A DNA stretch of 64,000 nucleotides from NCBI GenBank assembly GCA_043228905.1, contig JBHGNT010000018.1:13640001-13704000 (forward strand), written 5' to 3'. The translations under genes and the position numbers were made by a program. Origin of the DNA: Azolla caroliniana (Eukaryota; Plantae; Polypodiophyta). Positions 25,081 to 36,859 of this stretch are shown in pieces (positions within the stretch are counted from its first letter, which is position 1; the number at the start of each line of letters is the position of its first letter). The notes under the pieces are model-generated. The model worked only from the letters and a program-made list of their open reading frames with translations. It ran no database searches and had not been told where the DNA came from.

Positions 25081-28079
25081 CGCAACCCTCAAAGCCTAGG
25101 TGAGGTATGCGACAGACTAGCGAGGGTTAAAGAAATCAGCCTCGGGAAGGGGCTGGACTCTGAACCAGTGTTCATAGTCACATATCTCTAGTCGGACGAG
25201 GAGATGTCCTTGATCACCCTCCTCACGGAATTTAGCGACGTGTTCGCATGGTTGTACGTAGATATGAAAGGGGTTTCGGCTGAGGTCGTCACCCATAGTA
25301 TCCTCATGCGAGCCGATGCCCGCCCAATCCGATAAAGGCCACACCCAATGAACCCCAACTACGTCCAACAAGTAAAAGCCGAAATCAACAAAATGTTAGA
25401 TGTAGGCATCATCTACCCCATCGAACGAACCACTTGGGTCTCCCCGATCGTAGTCGTCCCGAAGAAAAGCAGCCAAATCCGCATGTGTCAACTACCGCCA
25501 AGTCAATGAAGCCACCATCAAGGACAACTACCCGGTACCCTACATTGAGCATTTACTTGGAAGAATCGCGGGAGCCGAAGCTTATAGCTTCATCGACGGG
25601 TTCTCGAGGTACAACCAAATCTCGGTGGTGCTTGAGGATCAACACAAGACAACCTTCGCCACCGAATTTGGTACGTTTGCATATAAGCAGATGCCTTTTG
25701 GGCTCACAAGTGCCCTGAGCACCTATCAAAGGGCGGCGGACCGTATCTTCACGGCAAGGTTACAACAAGGGGTGGAGTCCTATGTCGACGATTTATGTTG
25801 CCATTCGAAATGGCATGACCACTTGGCACTACTCCGCTTGACGTTCAAAAAATGCAGGGCCTATCAACTCTCTCTCAACCCACTCAAGTGTTAGTTCTGG
25901 GTCAAGCACGGATTAATATTAGGTCACGTAGTGTCCCGACATGGGATCTCGACCAACGAGGCAAAAGTAAAACTCATCCTAGACATGCCACCTCCCGCGA
26001 ATGAGAAACAACTACAAGGGTTCATGGGGTACACGAGTTATTATAGACGCTTCATCAAGATGTTCGTAGACAAGGCTAGATCAGTCTACGCCTTGCTAAA
26101 GCAGTACACCTAGACTAAAGAGTGCACCTGCTCATTCAAGCTCCTGAAAGAGTGCCTAACTAAGGCTCCCATCCTCTGATCTCCAGACTAGACCAACGAA
26201 TTCCACATTCACACTGATGCCTCCGCCTTCGCAATCGGTGCAGTGCTAGCTCAACCCGGTGAAGGGGCCCTTGACCTACCGATCACCTTGGCTAGTGGCC
26301 AACTGAACGCCGCCGAACGAAATTACTCCACGACTGAGCGAGAAGCTTTGGCCATGGTTTACATCGTGAAAAAGTGCCGACATTACCTCTTGGCATCACG
26401 TTTCTCATTTTTTGTAGATCATCAAGCCCTCCTCTACTTGGTCAACAAAACTCACGCCACGGGATGCATATCCCGATGGATCGTAACGTTACTCGAGTTC
26501 GACTTCAAGGTGGTGGTGAGAAAAGGAAAAGACCATGTACTCGCCGATCATTTCTCCCGAATACCAAACGGAGAAGAAGCCACGGGCATTGACGACGAAA
26601 CACCAGATGCAACATTATTCATGATCGACAGGTCTGTACCATCATGGGCATCAGACATTGTTCGCGCCTTAACCGAAGGGGTATCTTTCCTAAAACAACT
26701 AAGTCGGGCACATGCACTTGTCTTGTTAAGGAAATGTGGCCCCTTCACGATGCTCAGAGGCAACTTGTATCGAAGAGGGAACGATGATGTCCTTCGAAGG
26801 TGTGTGCCGAACCATGATATCATCGCCATCCTCAAACAAGCTCATTGCGGCAACGACAACAGTCATGAGGTCATGAGGTCAGCACACGCAAGTTCCTCCA
26901 GTCCGGCCTATGGTGGCCAACACTATTCAAAGACACATATGAGTATGTATGCCGATGTGATGAGTGCCAGCGTTTCAAACATCCGTTGAAAGAGGATTTC
27001 AACACATTAAACCCGGTGGTGGCATGGCAACCGTTCGAGAAAGGAGGTATCGACTTTATCGGCCCAATCAGCCCAACCTCCAACGTCAATTGATACATAA
27101 TAATTGCCACTGACCAGCTACCAAGTGGGTGGAAGCTAAAGCTTGCGTTAATGCTGACGCACGTAGCACCACCAAATTCCTATACGAAAACGTCATAACG
27201 CGGTTTGGATGTCCGCTCGAGATCATTAGTGATCAAGGCTCTCATTTCCTCAACGAAGTGATAGCACATCTACTAGGCGAATTTATGGTGACACACTACA
27301 AGAGCTCCCCTTATTACCCTTGGTGCAACGGACAAGCGGAAAGCACGAATAAGATGTTATGCGCAGTGCTCACAAAGATAATCGCCGCTTCGCGGTCTGA
27401 TTGGAGCACCAAACTCGAAGCGGCATTGTGGGCTTTCCGCACTTCCTACAAAGTCGCAACTCGCCACATGCCATTCAAACTAGTATATGGATAGGAAGCG
27501 GTATTGCCCATCGAGTTCCTTGTCTCCAGCCTCTGGATAGCCGTACAAGAACGATGGGACGGGGACCCCCTCCCATCACGCCTAGAGAACCTAGAACGGT
27601 TGACCGAAACTCGCCTTATCGCATTCCAAGCACTCTTGACAGAGAAAGCCAATGGAAAGGCGTGGCACGACAACAAAGTAAGAGATAAAGATCTCGCTGA
27701 AGGAGACATGGCACTCAAATTCTCCTCTCAACGGCACAAAAAGAAGCTCAAATTACGGGGTGAAGGCCCATATGTGGTGTCAGAGATTACCAAGATAGGA
27801 GCATGTCGAATACGCACACTCGAAGGCCTCCACATCCCAGGATTCATCAATGGGAGCAAGCTCAAACATTACTACATACCCCTCACCCTTGAAGCCCTAC
27901 TCACAGCTCGACAACGAGAAGTGGAAGCCAAACTTAAGGCATCCGAAGGCCAAATGGCCCGACTAGAAACTGACCTCCGCAATACGCAAGCAAAATTGAA
28001 ACTACAAGGGGACACCCACCTGGCAACCATGGCTAAGGCGGTCAACTCTAATGATGGGACGAAGCAACTACCATGCGTC

Positions 28080-28350
28080 ACCGACGGCGTACCTTTAACA
28101 GCGGTAATCGACACCGGAGCATCACTAACACTTTTCTCCTTCGAAACATAGGGACGTTTAGGTCACCCAGACCTTGAAATATGCAATGACAACTTCCGTG
28201 GCTTCGATGGGTCCACATCATGTTGTCTTGGAACCTTCGTGTGTAACATCAAGATAGAATACAACGACCACTCAATTCGAGTTCGGGTACTCCCACCCGA
28301 AGTGATGTAAACCCAATGCCTCCTCGGTTTTTGATTAATGTCACATAAGC
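28080..28350 (+). pseudogene. Retropepsin-like aspartic protease domain downstream of integrase
   Basis: In frame with the integrase C-terminus: AVIDTGASLTLFS..*GRLG..NFRGFDGSTSCCLG..*TQCLLGF*, with three in-frame stops. Confidence 0.75.
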
Positions 28351-28588
28351 GAATGTCTCCTGTCACCAAGCAAGAACATTGTCTCCTTCCAAACGGAAAA
28401 TGGGGTGAGGTCCGAGAGACTCGTTACAACAACACTCGAATCACGTCCCACCAATCTCGATGAGCTCCAAAGTGCAAAACCGCCCAATCAAAAGGAACGG
28501 GCACACCCACCGGCCATCCATGACTAGAGCAACGCTAACATCAGAACAAAGACACCCTTGCCACGCAAATGGGTGAACATCTACGCAA

Positions 28589-29359
28589 TGTCGCGTTGTT
28601 ACGCGCGTGCGTGGAGAAAGGCGGGACCACGAGGGTCTGGACTAGGGAGTGACGGAGCGTAGGAAGTCGTACTTCACCATTTTTGGGGCATCCCAAGAGC
28701 ACACCGGAAGCAACAGAAGGGAGAGAGAGAAAGAGAGGGAGCGCGCACTTAACACCGACTCACGCACACACACGCACACACACACACAGGCCGATCCGAC
28801 TCACGCCCTTATGTACAGGAAATGTAGGAAAGGGGAAGCACCGGACACCAACAGAGACGCGAATATACACGAACAGACGCAAATGTATATATATAAAAGG
28901 AAGAATACATTCCCAGCTTCGAGCTGGACCTTGGTAGGGTAGGTTACAGCAGCAGTCTGCTGCCAAGCCACTGTCCGGGGAGCTCTCAGGCTCGTCACGC
29001 GGAGCGGGGTCTTGCACAGGAGACCTAGTAGAGACAACCCTCAACGGTCGACCTCCCCGCCAAGAAAAAGAAGAAGAAAACTAACTCTAAACCTAATGGT
29101 ATACCCTCTGACACAAAACGGGCAACCCTTTCACAAAGGGCGCTCCCTTCCTTTTATAGAACAAGGAGAGGGATGCGTTACAATGTGGGATAAATCCCGA
29201 CTTACAAGGGATCGCCTGTCCCGACTTGACTAGCCTTCGGCACCATAAAGGCGCCCTTGTTATTCACACTAAATGTACAAGGTTGAGCACACACGCTGCA
29301 CCCCGCCGATGTAGCCAATGTTTCTCGATTTCCGCCTCTGGCCGAAATTCTTCACGACA
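28589..29359 (-). mobile_element. Solo LTR (same family as LTR at 1901) inserted in the Gypsy post-protease coding region
   Basis: Termini TGTCGCG..CACGACA. Flanks GCAA/GCGA form a 4-bp TSD with one CpG-type change. Removing the LTR restores the frame KWVNIYA|IFAEGP. Confidence 0.85.
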
Positions 29360-30835
29360 GCGATTTTCGCTGAAGGACCATGCCGCGGAGAACGTGCTAT
29401 TTGGCGAGTCAGAAAAGCAGTCACAAACGCTCAAGGTTGGCACAAAGGTGCCACTAGCTTCTGGGTCTCGAAACGAAGCTGGCTCCCCGCCCGCGACCGT
29501 ACCGCGACTGCACGAGACACCCGACCACTGCGCACATTGGTCAAATACCCCGCCCAGGTTAAGGCCATGGAAATCGACGGGAATAAACAGCTAGGAGGCC
29601 GAACGCTTCACAAGCCCTCCACGTCCCTTCGACAAAAACGTCACGAGTCTCGATCCTTAAAAATATACAAAGACCCTCAGACAACACTCGAACAACACAC
29701 CCCCCACATCCATCCCCTCAAGTCTTCCCGGAAACTCCTAATTCCCCCAAACCCTCACGACACCCCTGGTGGACCCCCGTCCAACCCTACCGTCCGCATG
29801 CAAACCTTGGCCGCCCCAAAAAACTTTTAAACCCACCCCCTACCTTATGTTATCCTGACCATCAACTACTCGACCCGTCTTCTCCCTCGACCTTTGTATC
29901 GCGCCTGGTAGACCATAACACCCCCTCCGGTCTACGTATTAGTATTTCCGATCGTCGAGTTACCCTTTAATTTTAGGGGTACCATGAACGATTATTTTTT
30001 ATTATTTGCAGGTGAGCTATTTTTGGTTCAACTTGTTCTTTTTCGTATTACGTCACATAGTCATTTCGGTTTCTTTAAATCTTCTGTTTTATTTTCATTT
30101 TTGACTGTTTGTTTTTTATCTATAGTCGTCTTGGTTGTTTTATCCTTTGTTTGCGTTTTATTTCCTTGTTTTGATTTTGTTTTCGATTGTTGTTTATCTA
30201 TCAACGTCTCGTCTTTTTTATTATTATGGCTTTCGTGTTTTCCTTGTTTTTTTTTCTTTTTTGTTGTTGTTTTTAGGCTCGTCTCGGTTCACTTTCTCTC
30301 TCTCTCTCTCTCTCTTACTTTGTTTTGGCTGCTTTTCTCTTCTTCCTCCTTTCCCCTCACAACCCTTTCTTCTCCCTCTTTTCCCTCACAACCCTCTCTC
30401 TTTTCTGCAACGTTCTCCCTCCTCCCTCTGCGCTTACGCTCCTGCCCCCGCAGGTTGCATGCTTCCTACCGCTGCCTCGTCTTCTGCACGTCGTGTCTAA
30501 CCACTACTTCCTCCTCGGGTAGGTCTCCTCCTCTGTTTTACTTCGAGCCGCGCCTTGCGAGCTACCTCTTCCTGTTTACATCCACACCTCCTCCTCCTCG
30601 CCTCATGCGTATTACCGCTTCTTCCCTCGGTAGGTCCCACCCTCTATCATCGATTGTTGTGTTTCGTTACTTCGTTATTTTTCTCACCTGCGTCCTCGGT
30701 CCCGGACAACGCCATGCACTTCGCCTCCCCCAGTGGCAGCCATGACGGCAGCCACGTCATTTTCCCACCTCCTCTGGTCGCTGGCAATTATTGGGCCGCT
30801 TTACGCGCGTCCTCGTCGCTTTCCTTTACCACCGC

Positions 30836-31864
30836 TTCGAGGAGTCTAACTCCTCGAACCCCTCCCCACCAGTTCGAGGAGCCTACCTCCTCGAACCTCT
30901 CACCGGTTCGAGGAGCCTAACCCCTCGAACCCCTCCCCACCGGTTCGAGGAGACTAACTCCTCGAAACCCTCACCGGTTCGAGGAGGCTAACTCCTCAAA
31001 CCCCCTAACCCCGGTTCGAGAAGGCTTACTCTTCGAACCCCTCCCTGGTTCCCCCCCCCCCACCGGTTCGAGGAGCCTAACTTCTCGAAACCCCCACCGG
31101 TTCGAGGAGACTAACTCCTCGAACCCCCTAACTGTTGGGATTTCGGTCCCTCCGGATGGGATGTCCGGAGATGAATGACGGCAAGCCCGGTTGCGGTTAC
31201 GGAGCCGGATGATGAATACCCCGGCTACGGAGCCGGATGATGAATACCCCGGCTACGGAGCCGGATGATGAAGACCCCGGTTACGGAGCCGGATGACGAA
31301 TGTACCCGGAGAGAGATCCGGATGCGGGGACATATTTGTGAATATGTTTGCCAAGGGCCCTTGAGGCTATATTTGTAAATAGCCCGAAAGTCATATGTGT
31401 ATAAATATGACTTAGGGCAAATAGTTTTTGTTGTTGCTCATTTTCTGTTTTCACTGAGAGGAAGCGAAGTGAGAGCAGCCGAGAGAGAGATAGAGCGCGA
31501 GAGAGACGAAGAGGTAGACGCCTCTGTGTATTTCCGCCGCCTGTGGCGAGGACAGCGAGCTCAAGGTCGTTGCCTTGCAGCTCGCCATTGTATATTTCTC
31601 TGTGCATAGTTTGGTTTGGAGTCTCGCACTCCCGTGGTTTTTCCCGTATAGGGTTTTCCACGTTAATTCCTGTGTATCGCGTCTTTCTCTGTATTTCCTA
31701 TTTTTCTGCTGCATTGATCCGCGATTACTCGGTTGTGGCCCAGTGGTGAAGGTGAATCCAAGCGTTGATTCCCGACACTAACCCCGGTTCGAGGAGGCTT
31801 ACTCCTTGAACCCCTCACCGGTGCGAGGAGACTTAATCCTCGAACCCCTCCTTGGTTCGAGGAG
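30836..31864. repeat. Array of ~11 palindromic hairpin units GGTTCGAGGAG-nnTAA-CTCCTCGAACC with C-rich linkers, split by a solo LTR
   Basis: Units start at ~30836, 30872, 30905, 30942, 30976, 31013, 31065, 31099, 31786, 31819 and a half unit at 31854. Confidence 0.9.
31133..31777 (+). mobile_element. Solo LTR with perfect 5-bp TSD (CTAAC) and internal 30-bp tandem repeats
   Basis: Termini TGTTGGGA..TCCCGACA. CTAAC is at 31128-31132 and 31778-31782. About 4 copies of GG(T/C)TACGGAGCCGGATGATGAATACCCC lie at ~31195-31310. TATA-like TATAAAT is at ~31400. Confidence 0.92.
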
Positions 31865-32023
31865 AGATTCCCTACACGCTAAAATCATCGATCCCTCAAC
31901 CCCTTCAAATCCCCATCCTACCTCACTGCAGTACATCATTCTTGTAAATAGGTCCATACAATACGCACGAATTCGTACACCCCATTTAACTATACTAATC
32001 CTTTTCCCCGCAGGTTGTAATCA

Positions 32024-33306
32024 ATGGCATCCACTCAATTCATCAAACTCCTCCACGCTTACTACCTCGACGCCGGTTGCGGTTCCTTGGTCATTCCAGC
32101 TGAGTTCAACAACACCCGATGTACTTACCGGGTACCCACAACCACCACGCAACTCAAGTACCTCGAACCCAACATGTTCGACACCCTTTCCCGACTCGGC
32201 CTCAAGTTCTTCCTCGGGATTGGCCCATGGGGTGTACTGCCCGAGCTGGTCAACCGGTTCCTCGTAGGGTACAACCCCGACATTGGCCACGTTCACGGAT
32301 ACTCCCTCCATCGAATTCCAATTCACCGTCGCCAACGTTTGCGCTACGCTACATTTGCCGACGGATGGCATCCCCTTCCGTACCACGAAGACCCGTGGTG
32401 TCGTCCCTAGCATCATCCCCGCCGTCTACTCCGAATATTCTTGGCGTGAAGGTTGGCGTTACACCGAAATCCCCCCTCGACCATTGTAGCGCAATTGCCT
32501 AGATCGGTGACACCGCATCTACCGATTCCACCGCCCACATCACCAACGAGTTCGTCAAGTGGGCACATGATCCTCAACCGGTCCAGTGGGCTCACGAGCT
32601 TGTTTGATGGGTCAGAGAATGGCAAACACGGCCCAAATCGACAGTCAATTTCGCGTGGTTCCTCACTCGTTACCTATGCGCAAAGTTCAACATCGGGTCT
32701 CCAATCCCTCCCTTCATACGCTGCCAGGAACGACACCGCAAGATAACCGTACCAGGCCAACACGAGCGTCTCCGCATCCCCGAACGTGACTTCTTAAGAC
32801 AGGTACACCAAGGTGAACGGTAACGCCCACCAGCGCACAAACAACCCCAAATCACCCACGTGACGACTGAAGATACCCTTGATACCCTTGAGGATATCAC
32901 AAATCGTGTCAAGGAATTCCAGACACGCGAATTCACCCCCACCGAAATCCAGGTCTTGTCTACTACATTCCACTATGTGTCTCATTAGACCATGGCCACG
33001 ACCCCTCGTTCCCGCAGCTGCACCACAGAATCAATCCTTCGTGACCTACGGAACCCGACGGCCCCACCCCTACCAACCTCGCTAACCTCTCTTCCCCGAG
33101 AATCCCCACCTGCCTCCCCTGGCACAAACAACCAGCCACCACCGCCCATGACCACCGAAGACACGCCGCAACCTCGACCTCGTAAGCTCACTCGTCACAA
33201 TGCCCTTGAAGCCGAAAACTCCCTTCTTCCTCCTGAGAACCCCAACCCACCATCATCCCCAAGCCCGGTCATCACCCCTCAACCCACCTTTGCATTACCT
33301 AGATGA
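32024..33306 (+). pseudogene. Extra ORF 1 of the Gypsy element (frameshifted, env-position)
   Basis: ATG is 10 nt after the acceptor CTAATCCTTTTCCCCGCAG (AG 32012-32013). Fragments MASTQFIKLL.., ..PVQWAHELV*W..VNFAWFLTRYLC.. and a Pro-rich tail end at TGA 33304-33306. Confidence 0.55.
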
Positions 33307-36255
33307 CAACCCCACCACCACCCCTACCAGTCTTCATTCCTTGCTCTACCCCATCCATTGCCGCAACCGGCCGCCCTAACCCAACTCCCGCCACCCCCCT
33401 GAAACCATTAGTCGACATGGTGGCCGACATCCTCAAGATGACTTCTATCGTGAATCGTCGCCTACTCCAAGTCTATGTGCGGGCCCAACAGACCGCCACC
33501 GACCAGCAAGAGGCCTCTACACGGAATGAGGTCTTGGCCGCCAAAGTAAGGAACACCCACCATACCAACGCGTGCCAAGCTGCCGCCTATGACCTCCTCA
33601 AGAAAGAATTGCTTGCGGAACGAACCTGACACCAACAACTCGCCGATGAGTTCCACCAAGCCCGGACAACATGGCACCATGACCAGGAACGCGCGGCGCA
33701 AACACACACCGAACTCTCTGCCGAGTACGTATGTCTCACCACCCAACACCAAAAGACGGAGTCCCACTTCACAACGATGACGGCTGACCTCTCCGCACGG
33801 TCCGAGGCTCTGGCCAACACCACTGCCACAACTCATAAACTCACAAGTGAGATCGCAACCCTCAAAGCTGAACATGACGCTATGGTCCAACAAGTGGAGG
33901 TCGCCAATGAACAGAACAGATGCCTCCTCATCAAACACCGCCGCCAGTGCGCCGAACTCGAGAAGGACATCATCCAACTCTGCACGACCAAAGCCGCCCT
34001 CGAGCACACCCTCAGCCCAGGCATGACTGGCCCCTCCACCATTCAGACACCTCTCCTTACTCCGCTCGACACTCCGAATATGATTAAGGTGCTCTCGGTG
34101 TATGTGACCTCGACATCCCTGCTCTCCGAACTCTTCACTGCACCACGTACACCACGTAAACTTCTAGCCCAAGCCACGTGCGTACTTCGGTCGTTGGCCA
34201 CTACGCGTCGCGTGTTCTTCGACAAGACCACCCTGCCCACTCCCCCCCCCCCCCCCCCCCTCGATCGGCAGACATTCATCCGAGTACTCTCTATTTTGTT
34301 TCTCGAAGGCATGGCCTACCTCCACACAGTCATTGCCCTAGACTTAGACATCACCGATTTGATATGTTTCGCCTACCCTTTCGATGTCATGATGCAAGTC
34401 ACCAAAGACCAGCTGGCCCAACTCGTCACCACGTTGGTGTGCTTACACCGCATCGCCGACACTCTCACCTGCACCCTGCTGGAGAGTGCTACTACCTACG
34501 TACCCCCTTTTGGTTTCCTATGGTTAATAGGCGCTTGGCAAACCACCTGGGACCTCCGGGTTCGTACTCACATATTCAGCATCGAATGTGCCACATTCAA
34601 CTGGCCCACTGATCTTGAGGCTGTCAACATACAGGAGTTAGCCCTATACCTCGACGTCTCTCGCGAGTATCAACTTATGACTTTCGATGAGGCTCATGCC
34701 CACGCACTCCTACCTCCACACCCCCTTCATTCCCCGCCTGAGATCAACCCGGAGTGGGACCACGACTCACCTGATGATCCCGACAACCAACCACCTCAAC
34801 GCCCTAACCCTACCTCATCCCCGCCTCCAAGCCCTCCCCCCCCACCCCCACCTCCAAGCCCCCCCCCCTCCCCTCCCACCCCCACCTCAGCGAACACCAC
34901 GTCCTCGACCACACACACCCATGTTCGGCGGCGACCCCTTTCGCACACCCCCCTTGGCCCATCCCCATTCCTCCCCACCTCCCACCTCCCACCTCCCCAC
35001 TACCCGACCCTTTCCCCCTCCACACACGAGTCGTCACCCACCCCGATCGGGCATTCAGAGATGCCATCCTCCGTAAAGCCCTCCCTTTCAAGCACCCCCT
35101 CTCACACCTCATGCTCCACCAACAATTACCCCCCCCCCCCCCCCCCCCCATCTTCACTACACCCCTGCTACTACACGACACGAGCCCCGATTCAATGTTG
35201 CGGCATTCTACGCTGATTTGGTTGACCGTTACCAACTCACCCACGACCTCCAAGCAGCTCTCGATTACATCGAACACGGTATAGGTTGGGACACCCACCT
35301 AGATAACCAATTTGCTGCACCCGTCCCCTGGGAGTTTGATTTCTGTGAGACCCCCTACTCCTCACCTGCCTCTACACCTACTACCATGAAGTCGCCTCTG
35401 AACCCCAAGTTGACATCTTCCTTTACCCACACATTTACCGAGATAAGATGTCTACTTGGGTAGCTGCCAACCCCACCTCAACTCGAGGATGGCACCACCC
35501 CGTGGTCGACCCCCTCCTTGAACCACCTAGCATCCAACCCTTGTGGTGTCTCCCCTGGTTCGAGCACGCGTCCTTCCAAGAATGGTTTGCCCTCCACCCT
35601 CCCGAGATGCGTGCCAACCCCACCTTTTTTCCCCTCCCTCGTCGTTGGCCATGACGTGACTTTCAAGCTGCCCAGGCACGCATACCCACCCTCCAGTTCA
35701 ATTGGCCCATGTTTACACGACCCCCGTGCACATCCATGATAGAAGTTAGAATGATCTGGGTCATGCGATGTTTTCTCCGTACGTACCTTAACGTTCCTAA
35801 CCCCGACATTCAAGCCAATCTTCGTTTTCTGCAACTGCTACTCATACTTCTTGACTCTGGCCCTTATGAATCCCGCCCCTTCAAGCAACACAACCACCTG
35901 GCGTGGGGCCTTGTCTTTGATTTGAAATAAAGGCCCTACACGTCGTCAACTGGTCGGCCTCTGGACCTGCGTCAATATGCTCCCCGCCACCTACAAATGG
36001 GATTTTGAAACCATGATTGACACATGTTTTTTTCCCGCTTACATAAGTTTTGGTAGAAACCCCCCCTTTCCCTTCACCGGCAACAATACCTGCACATGGC
36101 TAACTGGCCCCAAGAAGGAATTCTTCATGACGACCGATCAAATGCAGGATATCCGGTTACTGCCACTTAACATCCGTCATCTTTGCCATCATCTTTGCCG
36201 TTGACCACCCCTCGATGAACCCCCCTACTCCATCCTTCTCGCCCTCGATGCCTGA
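33303..36255 (+). pseudogene. Extra ORF 2 of the Gypsy element (coiled-coil, hydrophobic helical domain, poly-Pro, Trp-rich C-terminal fragments)
   Basis: ORFs 33303-33629 and 33777-35216 are in the same frame, separated by a single TGA. Later fragments (35218-36204) are shifted at poly-C tracts. Confidence 0.6.
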
Positions 36256-36308
36256 AGCTCCCCTCCCACAGTGCACCCGAGAGTGTGCACTCAGTAGGTT
36301 GGGGGGGA

Positions 36309-36859
36309 TGTTAAGCCCTTGGTAGCACCACGACCAGTCATGAAGAAGAGCGCATCAACAAGGACATAGTATGGCTAAAGGACCTATGAAGAGGGAATGA
36401 CAAGAGGAAAGAGGGCTAAAGGACATCGAAGTGTGAAAGGTCCATACCCTAAATGTAAATGCTATATAAACCACATGGTGGTGGCTTTGTAAGGGTTCTT
36501 CCATTTGTAAAGATCTCCCTATTGATTAAGAGCTAAGGCTTCCTCTCCTCCTTCTTGTAACCTTTAAGCTTAAGAGAGATTAGTGAAGTGTTTAGTTAGA
36601 GAACACTAATCTCTCTTCATTTGTTGGTGCTAGACCTCTTAGCAAAGAGGGTTAATAAACATATTCATTACTCTTATTGACTATATCCATTACCCTATTG
36701 TCTATGAGAGCGAGCTTGAGAGAGTGAGAGAGATATCGTGCTTAATCATCTATTAATCATTAGCCATCTCCGCCCGATTAGCCATCAAAAGGGTATACGC
36801 CGGTCCAAACTCCGCAAATGACATCGAGGAGTTAACTCCTTCGATACATAGATCTTACA
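36309..36859 (+). mobile_element. 3' LTR of the Gypsy element
   Basis: Follows the G-rich PPT, has TG..CA ends, TATATAAA at ~36463 and AATAAA at ~36654. Confidence 0.8.

Larger units (their letters stand above)
25100..36859 (+). mobile_element. Non-chromovirus Ty3/Gypsy element, 5'-truncated: RT-RH-INT-extra protease, hairpin array, extra ORFs, PPT, 3' LTR
   Basis: RT: DVFAW..DMKG, WVSPIVVVPKK, MPFGL, YVDD. RNase H: HTDAS, ERNYSTTEREALA. Integrase: IDFIGP, ISDQGSHF, NGQAES, GPY. PPT GGGGGGGA ends at 36308 and LTR TGTTAAG..CTTACA is at 36309-36859. Many premature stops. Confidence 0.9.

Noticed and set aside
29984-30745. 253-aa hydrophobic ORF as a membrane or env protein
   Set aside because: It arises from T-rich and CT-rich low-complexity sequence (F/L/S/V bias) with no motif, so it is most likely a non-coding spacer.
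30836-31864. CRISPR-like array of palindromic repeats
   Set aside because: The context is a eukaryotic retrotransposon, the linkers are short, C-rich and not unique spacers, and there are no cas genes.
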